A stretch of DNA of 64,000 bases, taken from the NCBI GenBank assembly GCA_022813865.1, contig JALDZX010000006.1:434001-498000 (forward strand), given 5' to 3'. Within the stretch, counting starts at the first letter, position 1, and each line of letters starts with the position of its first letter. The notes under the pieces are model-generated. The model saw nothing but the letters and a program-made list of their open reading frames with translations, did not search any database and was not told the DNA's origin. This document shows, piece after piece, positions 37,401 to 50,469 of this stretch. Position numbers and translations under genes: made by a program. The stretch is from Xylographa opegraphella. Taxonomy: Eukaryota.

Positions 37401-37816
37401 CCGAACGTCGCAGAACTGCCACAGAAGGACTTCAGAGTGCGACTGCGAACTTGTCGAATGATGAGGTGATTTACGCGCCTCCTTCCCGTCGAGCACCAAG
37501 TCCTCCCGGCCTTCATTTAGCTGTACCGGAGATAAGTTCTCACCTTCCGTTGACTCCTCCACACAGCCTGCCGGCATCGAAACGAGGCTCAATGACATCA
37601 TTGAAAGATTATGAAATTCCTGAAAGTAATATGAATCGCCTCTCCGGACGTTTTGACGGCGGCCTCAGCTTTCTCTACGAACCTGGCTTTGGCGTGGGGG
37701 GTAGTGCTGGGACTCGTAGCATGAGGACTGGAGCGAGCAGAAAGAGTGTGGAAGTAAGCCGCGGTTATGGTATCGATCTGAGTGATGTGCCCATCTTCAT
37801 TGCACCATCTTATTGA
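34418..37816 (+). CDS. Conserved fungal Ser/Pro-rich hypothetical protein (1132 aa)
   Basis: Intronless 3.4-kb ORF with motif-like islands RRRSLFTPGLATR, DYAHLGGLRLGTLRITNG, ALGGSPYDAA and GRFDGGLSF.YEPGFGVGGSAGTR...YGIDLSDVPIF. Confidence 0.88.
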   Translation: MFAQPSPSGEMSSLSIPLDSKRAHRLSKPRTITGSSSSLTLKSVGSETDLDSPNSQKSTPGDKSNVVVISPGGDCRSRRDSRQRIRAHLFGSSQESLHPDSEEDNDNKKGFADTARGVRDRLSRTGTMVTRRASLRMSITPLNTSQSRLSLVPESSLNDLEDSERIFDQIKEKAFYDNLAAMNHVSSPIDEDMHVDAIASPIRRRSLFTPGLATRVPDDILRKPPPPQRIQSETDRDYYYNPNRPESSPLAKLAALGLAHQDRSSPVPRASTPSDMDYAHLGGLRLGTLRITNGNNSPIPRIRSPSISGAAPLSLTSCEEDYFSRAIPRYDNNDKQPKPGSRDNHFRRIGDETAVDLSAQESKRFAEIDTFLRSAMPKTSTNPDRYNNGSLKQQAGGLLALDHERTSRKALERVGHLSLQPIDTRDRTSSLAQDYMSELPDSPFVITNNLHAKPSFLMFTSKRNEFEDKLFDDDASAGSNTSDRCPVPCRDSSKIPQDTNELLDVQNNSLPAVGSTKSDLQPASLNANPEKSDDPAPVGGYLSSSSDTKADSGYDSSASSKSVRGKALPSKDRTGTLQPVLKSSLKAPRSPSGPRNMPPRPSSVSPSARSLLLTLPISGGGVSKPSVSSAETISNIASSTGTPPQISSHPRKLKKSRPVSLPPPSIRITVQTTCRDIDRNSIPPVSAEIAAKHAERLQNFPLLDHTFASSSHTGIDSASSSPEVAFVPIRFPSPTIDLGDEETSYSDSKSTRRFSSTRSRRVSFIRRNHSYPAPTVESQPNYHRLPTDFSMADFGDVTAALGGSPYDAARSTVFVDYKQTSRTPPPYYTTTAVPKVKVGMGAEQAAEFARLRSQYRSQRLSRLQLESMPNTLNNPCEDERRPTNMIMDLSSVPAMPALPLKNMLLSRNSFNDRGGIPGKMPRHKSSNAPPMPPLPGIVRVQNKEQKVRPEFSSTARTTIDTTVSNLLSTTQEMNKLRQSQKYEADPWVVQRQAWAERRRTATEGLQSATANLSNDEVIYAPPSRRAPSPPGLHLAVPEISSHLPLTPPHSLPASKRGSMTSLKDYEIPESNMNRLSGRFDGGLSFLYEPGFGVGGSAGTRSMRTGASRKSVEVSRGYGIDLSDVPIFIAPSY

Positions 37817-38774
37817 TATTTATGAGACCACGGAGCGATTTTACGTTATTATGTCTGAGGATGACTTCGCATTTCGTTTGAGCTTAGTCCATCTGCATCA
37901 GCATTCGTCGCAGATGCTGTACAGGAAGCAAATTTGGTGCTATCGTCCTGTTATTTGATTCTTTTGTATATAGCTATTATACCCCCCGGCATACCTTCAT
38001 AGGAGCCATTGAATGCGTTATCTATCTTAACTGAAACTGAGCTTTTCATGTGGAAGATAATGCGCAAACCATCTTAGCAGCCATCGAAGTCGTCAATCTG
38101 TATTATCTGATGCTCAACTTCGGATGTCGGACATAGTGCGTCAACCCTTGCATGAGCCTCTTCACCACCTCTGTATCCATGACTTTATGTGTTCTCACTC
38201 ACGACATTTTTGCTTGGATTCTTCAACTTCCACAACGCGATTGCGTGGTTTGACTTATCATTCAAAGACGTGTCACTTGCAACTTTTGCATATGTAAACA
38301 GTATGCAGAGGACGGGTCGCCGGTTGGACCATCGCAAACAAGCTATCATAGTCGGGACATACACCACTCGGTGGATACTCGTCCATAATGGAGGTGATAT
38401 GAATGGGATAGTTAGAGGGCGATGTGATTGCGGCATTCGACACTTATTTGGGAGCTAGGTCTGGAGCTAGTAGCGATAATCGCGACTGAGAAAGCGAGTC
38501 ATAATTGCCATGGCACATTCTATTATCGCGGCACGGTTGAATGAAATGTATCGGTTTTGCTCTTCGATTGATTGGAAGCCAACCTAAACGCGAACATTGG
38601 CTGAGGGAGAGCCTCTTTGACTGTAGTCGTAATTACCCACTATTAGAACGTCAACATACCACAGTACACTATACAAGGCAAATCATCGCATATGCACATG
38701 GCACAAGTCGCCCGTGATCACAAACGGAATCGTGATTCTCCCGCCTCACAGAATCACGTCGAATGGCGCTGGGC

Positions 38775-38809
38775 AGAATACCCGCGAACATAGGCGAAGA
38801 TTCTAGAAT
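38775..38809 (+). promoter_or_regulatory. Heat-shock element array upstream of hsp30
   Basis: Perfect cGAAgaTTCtaGAAt at 38795-38809, with GAA units in exact 10-bp phase at 38776, 38786, 38796 and 38806. TATAA at ~38949. Confidence 0.8.
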
Positions 38810-39104
38810 CACGTGGCAATCTCGCTTAGCTAACCCTGACTGCTAGAACTTAGGAGACACTTCCGGCAAACCCGTCCCGCTTCCGTCATGCCTCATCACT
38901 CGTGCATACGCGAAGCTGCCGGATGGTTCCAGCACCTCTGCCCTCAGGTATAAGAACACCCTCGAGGACGTCTCAACCTCCTCATCAGAAACAAATCAAA
39001 CACTCCTCTACCATTATATGCAAGCATACAAGCTCTCTACGCGACTACCTCGAGTCTGCAAAGTCATTAAGACACCAATCATCAACACACCAACTATCCG
39101 CAAC

Positions 39105-39725
39105 ATGTCTTTCTTCGGCTCCCGCTTGCCCCAGGGTGACTTCACTCCTCTGTTCCGCCTCCTCGACGACTATGACGACCACCGTTCCGGCTCCAGCTCC
39201 ACCCGTGGAGCCTACGGGAACTCTTCCATCCGCACCTTCCAACCCAAGTTTGACGTCCGCGAGGAGAAGGAGTCCTACCACTTGCACGGCGAGCTCCCCG
39301 GCATCGACCAGAAAGATGTCTCGATCGAGTTCACCGACAACAACACCCTAGTCATCAAGGGCCGCACCGAGCGCGAATACTCCAGCGGCAGCCCAGCTAT
39401 CGAGGGTGGTGCCGACCAGGGCAAGATCACCGAGGCGGGAGAAGGTCATCAGTATCACAAGGCGACTGTGGAGGACGAGAGCACTGATGGGACAGCTGCG
39501 CCGAAGAGTGGAAGCACTGAGGTTGTCAAGCAGAAGGAGCAGCCTCAGCAGCCTCGCTCCAAGTATTGGGTCACGGAACGCTCGGTGGGCGAGTTCCATC
39601 GCAGCTTCACATTCCCAGGCCGCGTGGATCAGGATGCAGTGAAGGCGAGTCTGAAGAACGGGATCTTGAACGTGGTGGTTCCCAAGGCGCATGAGAAGGC
39701 GGCGAGGAAGATCAACATTGAGTAG
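39105..39725 (+). CDS. hsp30: Small heat-shock protein HSP30/HSP20 family
   Basis: FTPLFRLLDDYD, FQPKFDVRE..YHLHGELPGI and YWVTERSVGEFHRSFTFP..VDQDAVKASLKNGILNVVVPK. Start taken at MSFF (caacATG). Confidence 0.95.
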   Translation: MSFFGSRLPQGDFTPLFRLLDDYDDHRSGSSSTRGAYGNSSIRTFQPKFDVREEKESYHLHGELPGIDQKDVSIEFTDNNTLVIKGRTEREYSSGSPAIEGGADQGKITEAGEGHQYHKATVEDESTDGTAAPKSGSTEVVKQKEQPQQPRSKYWVTERSVGEFHRSFTFPGRVDQDAVKASLKNGILNVVVPKAHEKAARKINIE

Positions 39726-42162
39726 GTGGATGGACAGAGCTGGACAGGTTTGACCAGGGGATGACAATTTTGAACAGCATGATTTAGCGAAGGACGGATG
39801 GGGCTGTGATGCATAGCCAAAGGCGATTTGGGAGTTTAGCTGAGAGGTTTTGGGTGTACCAAAAAGTGTATGCTAGCGATCAAGCAAGAAACATTGATCT
39901 CACTCATCTTAATTGTATGCATTGTGACATGACTGCAATACAAAATCATTGAATCGATGGATATTTCCACGTACTCAGTAATGAATCCTTGAAGTGTAAC
40001 AAGAAGAGATACAAATACTCCAAGTGGCGCGTCAATTGTATTGAGCTGTAGTCTTTCTAGTAACTGGTAGCTCGTTGTGCTAGATAGTATTACTTCATCT
40101 GAATTTTGAGCTTCGTCCACCTGCAAGGAATCCTGGAATGTATTCTACGTTGACATTGTCCATTCAGCTACATTCAATCAAAGTCCTGCCTGAGCATACT
40201 GTGTGGAGGAGAACTAGAGGTCAGCAGTCAATTAGCCCAATATCGTATCACTTGAGAGATCTACTGTTCACCTAGCTTCGAGCCTCTGTTCTCATCATCG
40301 CCACATGCCCAGCTCGTTAAGTAAAATGCAGGTGGCAGGATATGGCTCGTGCAGACCTTGATAGGGGGGCCTATCTAGTGAATGCTAGTACACAGTCCTC
40401 CGTAGCTGATTCAAGCACCTGCAACATGTTGTCCACATAGAGGACGGAGTGGATGGTCCAAAAAGGTCAGGCTTATCAACAAGGCGCTAGAAAATCAAGA
40501 ACATACACGAGTCGGATCCAGAATAATGCGCAAGGTATATCAGCAACGCAGTTTCTCGCTCGAAAGGAGGTAGAACCCAGGATATTAATCGATCGCGACG
40601 AACCAATCAGAAGCCGAAAGCGGTGAGAGCAAGACGTATAGATAGTTTGTCGATAGTGCCTCCCAGATATGCTCCACACCCTCAACATCCACAACATGAT
40701 CACACGATTCCAGTCCGTGATGATGTATTGCGCACAAATCCGAGGTCAGGATGAGTCGGGCAAGCTCCGACCTCTCGGTAGTCTTCCGCCAACTCCGGTC
40801 AGGCAGATGTGGCGTCGATTGAGTTTGTGCGCACAGTCGCCGTCGAGCTTCAGTGGTTTGCTCACGGATGAACTGTCGCGGACTGCACACCACCATTCCC
40901 ACGTGTCCTTCAGCTCTTTTCACGCAGGTTCACCTCCGGATGTCTCCCGTAGAGTCGGATTGGTGCTGCTAAGAGCGTATTGTCGGATGCAAGCAATGCG
41001 GGCGGTGATCAGGGGGGGGGATGGATAAATGCCCCGACGGGTGCCAATCAGGACATGGGATTCCGTTCACCAGTATCTCCGTAGTCCTTCTAGTCAGAAG
41101 CTTCACCGCTCATCGCTTGACGAAGGGCCATGTGACGAAGAAAATTGAGGCTGGCGAGAGTCGATAAGACGCATCGAGGGCACTGTCATTGGATGACCCC
41201 CTGTACACATCGGATTGGGGGGGTGAGTTTAATTGGTGTCCACTGGGTGCACCAGGTGCTGGCAGGGGGGACTACCCCTTGCCCCCCTGAGCCCCTCCTT
41301 GGCCCCGGCATCCTTAGCTTGTGATGACAGCTGCGGGCGGACCTGCAGATCAAGACAAGTCTTGAGTCTTTGACCGTTTCACGTTCCATTCTGGTATGCT
41401 TGGGTCCGAGCTGCAGCATTATTATTATCATTTCGATTCTCATGATAGCAGCTGTAGCGCTTGACACGTACCCACAACCAGAGTCAACTTGTTCTCCTGC
41501 CAAGCTACGGAGGTACACATGCCTGTGTGCTGACTGGCGCCTCCCGCGTTACGAGACCACTCTGAACCGCTCCCCTGACGCTCACGGCATTACCGTGCCC
41601 AAGGTGGTCTAGATAGTCTAGAGAGAACTAATGTATGAGAAGGCCTAGCTTGCCAGTCTACTAGTCAAAAAATACCCCTGTTCCGCCTCGACCACCAAAG
41701 CAAGCACTTTATGCTTTGCAGTCTCCACGACCGAGTGACGCTTGCTGACCCAAGAGGTGTCGTTCGCTGCTTGTACACCGTACACATTGCGAGTCTGCGA
41801 CCGCCTTGGAGCGTCGATATCCTTCTGGCGCCTCGTACCACCTCGATCCTGCTGTGCCGTTGAGGAACAACCACACCAACTCGTACAGGTATGCTTAATT
41901 AAGTTTGGTCCCACAATGTTTGAGCCTTCCCCAGATTCCCTCAAGTCCAAAGTGTGTATGCGCCGAACCCGCTGGGGACACACGGTACCCAGCGTGCTGC
42001 GATTGATTGCTATGGTACTCACTCTTGCTCTAGTTCGTGGCTCCTGACGTTCTGCATACTCGACATCTATGAGCAGTTCTTGATGGGTAGTCGCAGGTCG
42101 TCACCAATCAAGCCTTGCGAGCTGGACGACGCACATGCAGCAGACCTTGACATCTCCCAATC

Positions 42163-45100
42163 ATGACAGATTCCCAAAAAGCTGTCGCAGGACCCTCACG
42201 AATGAACAATCCGAGCCTGCCACGACCTGGTGAGGGACGATCTGCACAGCGGAAGCCTGCGCCCAGTCCTCTACAAGTCACGCAAATCTCTACTCCCATC
42301 ACAGATACGTTTGTGCATGACAGTCCGAGCGCTATGGGGTCGCCCAATCCCGCGCGAGGAGGTGGCGGACCATCGCATTCTCCACGATCTCCCATTTACA
42401 ACGTCAGCATACCGAGGGATGGCATGAAATCCCCGAGAGAGCGGTTGGAAGCCTTTTTTAAATCGACTGATAATAATGACTATAGCCAGCCGCGTTCTCC
42501 GGGCCTTTCCAAGAGTAGTCCTTTATCGACACCTAAAGAAGACACATATCGTCCACTACGGAATGTGTCTGCACCGCTAGCCACCACCCATGCGGTCGAT
42601 GGACTGCCCCGAAACCTACCTTCAGATCCGCCTCCGAAAATAACGCGCTCAGAACCTCGTATCATTCCACGACAGTCCTCGATTGATTCCACTATGTCGT
42701 CGGTCTCTTCCACCACATCCTACTCGAACCCTCAAGATCCATCAAGTCCGAATCCAAGTGACATTGCTTATATAATATCCGCTGCAGGCTCGGCGGAAGC
42801 TGCTATACATCAGTTACTGAAAGAGAAAAAGCAAGCTGCTGCGCAGAGCGCTCAGCTGTGGAGACTGGTCAATAAACAGAGGACCTTGGTACTTGGCCTG
42901 AACAAAGATCTTGAGCGTGCCCTACAAGATAAGGAAAGATATCGGAAACGTTTAAGGGAACAACAAGCACAAGTCCAACCAGCCCCAACCACTGTAATCG
43001 AAACTCTTCAGGACTCGCCTCCACCACGGAGTCCATCACCTGCAGGAAGTGAGTCTCCAGATGAACTGCCTATCCAACGGCACAGTATGCACCCAGACAT
43101 GCCTACCGATGTTCAGGAAATGGGGCGTATTCCCGATCACGCAACTCAATCCGTAGCATATCCGCCAGCTTCATCCACCGGTCCCGCTTCACTACTGGAT
43201 CTATCCGAAGGTAGACGTACTCCATTGCCTAACTCAGCAAACGTAAGTCCCTCTATTCGGGATATGGAGATCCAAAACAATGGGAAAGTCCGGGAGACGT
43301 CAGCTGTAAAGTCCAATATGCAATCACTCCAGCCTTTAGAGATCCAGAAAACACCGGGCACTGGTCCATATGTAAAGTCATCACCAATCACACCCGACAA
43401 TGATAGTTCTGGAGCTCGAAGTAGCTTTACAGCACGGAGATCAATCACAACTCCACGCAAGGCTCCGCAAGGTCCATCGATTGAGTTTACTGCATCTACC
43501 CCCCGAGCCGAGGACTTTGTAGCCGGCTCGCCGTCAACAAGACGGGGTCCACCAGCGCCTCTGGACTTGCGTCCGAAAGTGCCATCCAATAGCAAACTGG
43601 GAGTTCTGGGTTCTGATGACCATTCAGGGTCAGAGTACGAGGAAGTTTCCGAGGTCGATGAGATCCCGGCTTTCGAACGAGGACGTAAAAAGACCAGAGA
43701 GGACGACGATCGCGAGCGAGAAGCGGCTGCATTACTCAAAGAGCAGCAGAGTCGTAGTACATCAAAGAAAGAAAAGCGGTCAAAATCTGCTACGATCAAG
43801 TCATCGCAGGTCACAATACCTACAACGAAGGACGTACCGGTTTCGCCTGCCATAAGATCATTCTCTCCGGACGATAAGACGGCTGGCTCTAGCTCAAGTT
43901 CAATGCAGCGACACCTCTCACCACCCACCTCTCTAGCCGGAGTTTTGAATCGACCTCCGTCGAGCGCCGATTCAAGGTCTATCACTACGCGCAATCTGGT
44001 CTCTCAATTCCCTCTCAGTCCTGGTCTTCCAACAAGTCCACGACCGATCGACCGCCCAGTGAACTCGCCCTCGCCCCGATCGCCGAGAGAAGGGACTCAT
44101 GTACATCTCGTGTCACCGCCACTCTCTCCAAGAAGCAGCCCCCCAATGTCACTTTCGCCGCGAGCTCTAGGAAATGAGATCCCTCTTCCGCCTTATACAC
44201 CTACCTCATTGGTATCTCCGTTACCACCGAACAATTTGGAGTCAGAAAAAGCAGCCTTAGCGGATTCCGAGTCCACTGTTCGATCACCCAGAGAAGTTCA
44301 AGGGGTCTTCTATGGACTTCCGTCGGATCCGCCCTCTCACCTGCTTTCTGACCAGATAGGCCCTGGGGGTGTGAACCGGGGCCTGGTCTCGGAAGCTTAT
44401 CCAGACTTGCTGCTTCCTCCAAATGCGTTGCCATCTATTTTGGTCAGCGTCACTTCGTCACGCCTCAAACCTTCCCGCTTTAGCACACTCGCCATAAGAG
44501 GGGCTGAGGAAGAGCCCGTCTTCACTCTTGGTATAGCAGCCAGGTCAAACATGCAGCAGTTGTGGAGAGTCGAAAAGCCCACCATATCTTTGCCTCAGCT
44601 AGATCACCAGCTCAAACAATTGTCTTCTTTTAGCGCAAAGTTGCCCGAGCGGTCACTCTTCAGCGGTCATGCACCGGCCAAAATTGACGCTCGACGCATA
44701 GCATTGGAAAAGTACTTCGAAGCCATTCTTGACACGCCAATGGACGAGAAAGCGGCTCTCATCATGTGTCAGTATCTCTCAACGCAAGTGATTCATGTTG
44801 AAGAATTTGAAAAGTCTGGTATGGTGGGCGGAGTCGAAACACAACCAAGTTTAAGGTTGGGCCCGGACGGGAGGGTCGTGAAAGAGGGCTTTCTTACCAA
44901 GCGCGGAAAGAATTTTGGTGGCTGGAAGGCCAGGTTCTTTGTTCTCGATGAGCCGGCCTTGCGTTATTACGAATCACCCGGAGGGCATTTACTTGGTACT
45001 ATCAAACTTGCAGATGCTCAGATTGGCCGGCAGTCCGTTCAGCATTCCTCCCACTCACCGTCAAGAGGCGGTGACGATCCGAATAACCAGGTGCGCCACG

Positions 45101-46798
45101 CGTTCTTAATTTTGGAGCCCAAGCGCAAAGATTCGAATAACTATGTTCGGCATGTTCTCTGCGCTGAAAGCGACGTTGAGCGAGATGAGTGGGTCGAGGC
45201 ACTGCTACACTATGTTACCGGACAGCCAGTAGATGCTTCGAGGACAAGGCCTTCTACGGTGAAGAGCGACTCAAGCTCTAGCAAGGTGTCTGGGTCCCAA
45301 TCGAGGAGAAAGGGTAGTGAAGTGGAAGGTGTGGAAGCGGAGGACTCAGATGCCCTGCAAGCTTTGAGCTATGCAGACACAGTACCTGGACAAGCACCTG
45401 TTCGTAACCTAGGCGATCGCCCAAACCTTGAACCTTCCTCGCCTAGTATCGGCACATCATCCCAGAATTCATTGAAGGTCATATCGGGACCGACAAATGG
45501 AACTGTCATTCAAGATGCAGGTGCGTGGGGAAACAAATTGCCAGAAAGTCCAAAGTCAAAAGAAAGGGAGATGAAGAAGAGAAGTATTTGGGGTTTCCGC
45601 GAGAAAGTTTCTTCCGATGGGATTACCAACCACTCGAACGACTCTAACACCGACCTGTCCCGTATCAACGAAGAGAAACCAACCAACGTCAGACCCGTGT
45701 TCGGGATACCTTTACAAGAAGCGGCTGACTTCTGTATGGCTTCTGGAACCGATGTATATCTTCCTGCTGTTGTATTCCGGTGCCTAGATTACCTTGAAGC
45801 GAAAGGCGCCTCTAGTGAAGAGGGAATATTCCGCCTCAGTGGATCAAACGTGGTCATTAAAGCGCTTCGGGAACGTTTCAACGTCGAAGGTGACATCGAC
45901 TTGCTTGCTCAAGGGCAATACTATGATGTGCATGCGGTCGCGTCTCTGCTGAAACTGTATCTGCGGGAGCTACCGACCACGGTGCTTACTCGTGAATTAC
46001 ATCTGGACTTCCTTCAGGTGTTGGGTATGCACCATCTTCCTATTTTGTAGCAAATCCTAGCTAATCATTTAAGTAGAACTCGAAGATAAACCATCAAAAA
46101 TCGAAGCATATAATGTACTTGTACACAAACTACCCCTAGCAAATTGGACTTTGGTTCGAGCGTTGTCGGCATTCCTCATCAGCATTGTCAACAGATCCAA
46201 TGTCAATAAGATGAGTGTTCGCAATGTTGGTATTGTCTTTTCGCCCACCCTCAATATACCCGCTCCTGTCATTTCGGCATTTCTCACAGACTTTGATGCG
46301 ATCTTTGCAAAAGAGCCAGATAAGGCGAGGTCGGCGAGCATCGAGGTTACCGCTCCATCGCCATTAACTCCAGAGGATATTCGCTCCCCAAGGCGGCAAT
46401 TGTTCTCCGATATTCCAACCCCATCATTCAACCAATCCAATTTCTCCAATGGTAGCGGTCTCGGTCTCACTTACGAGGATGTGATCCAACAGTCACACGC
46501 CGAGCCAGTAACAGGCTTCACGCCTCTACAACCTACGTACAATTCCACGAACCGAGCTCCCAGCCCAAATAGTCAACCTAGGACGGCAGTCACTGTTCCG
46601 GGGCCGGAGTACGGCGCTTTCAAACGAACAATAGGCGATACGGCTATCATGCGTGACACAAAGGCTCGACGCAGAGAGAGTTCGATGTTGATGATGAACG
46701 TAGGGCAGGCGCATCGCAAGTCTTCTATGCCAATGCTGAATATTGATTCTGGTTCGTCTGATCTTCCTTTCGGAGTCTCAACCGGCACAGGTTCCTGA
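42163..46798 (+). CDS. BEM3: PX-PH-RhoGAP protein (Bem3-like)
   Basis: PX-like LFSGHAPAKIDARR, PH KEGFLTKRGKNFGGWKARFFVL and RhoGAP EEGIFRLSGS...KLYLRELP...NKMSVRNVGIVFSPTL. Intron 46025-46076. Confidence 0.93.
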
Positions 46799-47988
46799 CA
46801 GTCTTGGTTTAGTAAACGAGATCTAAACGAGATGCATTTTGGTTGGCTTTGTCCTTTTCCGTCATATACCCCAGTTACTTGGAGCGCCGTTTCGGTGCTT
46901 TCCCATCATCTTTCATATTACTATTTAATATCCGCCCTTTTTTGTAACCCATCACGTCGAAAGCGGTCCTGGCATCACGACTATCTGTTTTATTGGAGAT
47001 GTAAGAAGAATTATGGGTGGGCGCGATGGTTGTTCACGGCTGCCAGGCCTGAGTCATGGAGTGAGACCTTGTTTGAGGATTGGAGAATATGTACACACCC
47101 GCGAGTGAGAAGCTGATGATGTCGCGGGCACGGTTCGAACGAAGGGGTGAGGTTGGCAAATGTACGATCTAAGAGTTGGGGCGGGTAATGGGGGCCGCAT
47201 TGCCAGTGGAGAATCTTGATATGTAATCCGCGTCGCTTTTCTCGAGAGTTCAAGCTATGCCTTCCTTGGCCACAGGCCATTATGAAGAACTCGAGTTGTA
47301 TAGAGATAGGAGACTACTTAGGTGGAAATATGATACCAGAAATATCTTTCCACAAGCTGTGCCGTGAGGTCGTGTGGCGGTGACGAATGAAAGCGAAAGT
47401 GCTGAGAATGTGTCCGGGAGGTCGTGAGCAGCTTTGATGGGCAAGTGAAGCTGTCCACTCTTCACCATAACCCATCAGGTTCATGGCCAGCCATACGCCC
47501 TCTGAAGACAAGTTTAGAACTCCTCTATCTACTATGGGCCGTCTCCTATGTTAAGGACACCTTACTCTATATGTTTGGATAGCGCTTTAGGGTTTCGCTT
47601 ACGGACTCCAATGGGTCCTATTGGGTGCAGTATATCGAGCGGCGTTTGTCAACGTCGATTCAGATAGGGGGTATATGCCGAACGACGTGGACAGGGTACG
47701 TCCCGGGTTGATGTGAGGGCTTGTGACCTCGAGTCCGTTTCTTCGACTTTCTCCCAGTCGCTGAGCTGGTCGCTTTGTCGATGTAAACCGCCTAGTCGGA
47801 TGCTGTTTGCGTCTCAAGCATCGGAACTGCAACCCTGCCCGCTTTGGATCCGGCGTAAGCATGATGGCCGTACACGGAAGGAAGTATTTGAAGACGTCTC
47901 CATGCTGGGTGAGACATCCGGTCTCGAGCATACCGTAACGCCGCGCTAAGTAAACCAGAAAGCGAGGAGCGACAAGATCTCGCCTCGC

Positions 47989-48898
47989 TCAGAACACAGG
48001 TCCTCTCTTTCGGCCCGTGTACTTCGACGAGTTCTTCACCACCTTCCCCTTCCGCTCCATCTGTTCCTTCTTTTTCATTATCCACGCCTTCCCACCCTTT
48101 CGCACCTCCCCCTTATTCACCTTCTCCCTCTCCCTCCCCCTCCGCCCATCCACCACATCCACCCCCTCCATCCCCCTCACCACCCCCGTGATATCCCCAC
48201 CGCCCGCCCCTCCGCCCCCGACCGTCAACACCAGATACAGCTTGCCGTTCTTCGTCCCCGGATCATCCTCCAACACCCCAGCCCCAAAGCCGGCTCTCAC
48301 GGCCGCCGCGCTGATCATGCCCCGCTGGACCTCGTTCTTCGGATAGAACTGACACACGGCGCGGCCCCCCCGCCGCAGGCTGGCGTACAAGCCGGCGAAG
48401 AAGCGGGCGAGGCGCGCCTTGGCCGTGTCGTCGCTGCGGTCCTCGTTGCACAGCCACTGGATGGCGCTGATGCTGATCGCGGCGTCGAAGCTGCCCGCCC
48501 GGAACGGCACCCCCTGCCCGATGTCCGCGAGCAGCAGGTCGCCGTCCACGTCCCGGTCCAGCGCCACCCCCAGCATCGACGCCGAGATGTCCATCCCCAC
48601 CCACTCGTGCGGCCCGCCCGCGGAGGCGGGGATCGAGGACAGGATCTCGCCTGACAGGCCGGAGCCACAGCCGATGTCGAGGATGAGGGAGGGGGAGCGC
48701 AGCGCGAGGAGTTCGAGTGCGCGGTGGGTCATGTCCGATTGGATGGTCTGGATGCGTGAAGAGGTTGTGTATTTGCGGGATTCGGAGTCGTTGTAGAAGA
48801 GGTCGGGGGGGCTGAGGGGAGGGTCAGTCAGTGTAGCAGGTGAGAGGGGAGATTGGGGGGGTTTTGCGGCCGTACAGGGTGTCTTCGGGGCGAGACAT
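47989..48898 (-). CDS. BUD23: 18S rRNA m7G methyltransferase
   Basis: MSRPEDTL|PPDLFYND.ESRKYTTSSRI, LDIGCGSGLSGE, DAAISISAIQWLCN, AVCQFYPKN and C-terminal SKYTGRKR. Confidence 0.96.
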
Positions 48899-49172
48899 GA
48901 TGCTTGGCGATACGGAGGAGGGTTGGCAACAACGCCTAGATATTGGACAATGCAGCCAGAGGACTATCTTCCTCCAAGCGCTCTGTTCGCACCGCTGTCG
49001 TGATTTCTTCAGCGCATAGCAGGTTGTTGTGGGGTGCTCTTTTTTTCTGCCACCGCCTTCCCACCCCTGCATCCGGAGATCTGGACAAACTCCGCCGCTC
49101 GACTCCCGCCAGCCAGCGTTGTTCGCTCGCCCATCGGAACATGCCCATCGCCTCACGTCCACTCTCCTCGCC

Positions 49173-50235
49173 ATGTGGATCCTCCCTCTGATCGGCTACA
49201 TAGGCATCCTGCTAGGCTTCTGCTTCCTCACCCTCGCCATCGGTAATGCGCTTCCCACCCCCCCGGTCCTTGCCAACAGAGCAAAAATCCAAGACCGCTA
49301 ACATGACCTCCCCGCGTCCAGCATCCGGGCTCTACTACCTCTCCGAGCTCGTGGAAGAGCACACCGTCGCGGCGAAGAAGCTGCTCACGCGCCTCATCTA
49401 CAGCGTGATCGTGCTGCAGGGCCTCCTCGTCGCCGTGGACCGCTTCCCCGTCGGCCTCTCCGCCCTCAGCATCGTCAGCCATGCGGTCTACCTGCAAAAC
49501 CTACGCTTCTTCCCCACCGTGCGGCTCGCGGACCCGGTCTTCATCCTCTCGTGCGGTGAGTTTGCCCTCCCCCGCTGCGATAAGCAGTCTCGGCTCCCTC
49601 AAAACGCACACCGTTCGAATCCCGCTTCCCAGAAACCCCCCATTCACCTCTTGTGAGCAAGACACACCAGCCCAGCACTAACGCTCTCCCGCACGCGGGA
49701 CACAGTCCTCGTCCTACTAAACCACTACCTCTGGTTCCTCCACTTCTCCTCACCGGCCTCCTTCCCCCCAGCCTCCACCTCGCCCTACACCTCCTCCCAA
49801 GGCAGCAGCCTCCCCTCCTTCACAGAAGTAGCCTCCTACTTCTTCCTACTCATCTGGCTCGTCCCCTTCGCGCTCTTCGTCTCCCTCTCGGCGTCGGAGA
49901 ACGTCCTGCCGAGCATGGGCTCGGAGTACGCCACCGACCCCGCCTCGCCGCTGTCGCCCGCCGGCGTCTCTTCCTCCCTCGGCGCCGGCATGTCGAGCGC
50001 GGGCGAGACGATGGCTAGCGTCGGCGCGATGCTGAGTCCGCGAAGCTTGAGCAGGGGCTTGGCGCGCAGTCGGAGTCGGAGCCAGATGCGCGGCGCGAGT
50101 TTGGGGTACGAGGATCGCGGCAGGAGGAAGAGGGGCGGGGGCAGTTTGGTGAGGGTGGCGGTGGATGGGGTGAGGGGCTGGGTGGGGGATGTGGGGCGCA
50201 CGTTGGGATGGGGGGAGGGGAGAGGGCGGTTTTAA
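49173..50235 (+). CDS. SVP26: ER-Golgi cargo adaptor Svp26/Erv26 (TEX261 family)
   Basis: GFCFLTLAI|ASGLYYLSELVEEHTV, L.NHYLWF.HFS and WLVPFALFVSLSASENVLPS. Confidence 0.92.
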
Positions 50236-50469
50236 GAGAATGGTGGGGAGTGAAGATGTCAGCGGAGCGTTCGAGCTGGTTTTGTGCAGGCACGAGGAAT
50301 ATATAGCCCAGGGCTCACGAGCACGTTCACGGAGTGGGCGTGAGATATCCAAGGGTTGATGTTGATGGCTAAACAATGTACAGCTATGCTACCGGACACG
50401 CGTGCTACTGAATACTGCGAGAGCTATCGACACAGGTTTCGTTCTTCATGTACAATGCCACCCTCACCG

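Noticed and set aside
40000..42100. Short ORFs between hsp30 and BEM3
   Set aside because: No domains or consistent splice model. Treated as intergenic/promoter.
47100..47950. Possible snoRNA or small gene (TGATGA, GGTTCGAAC, TTTAGGGTTT) between BEM3 and BUD23
   Set aside because: No terminal stem, guide or matching box arrangement could be supported.
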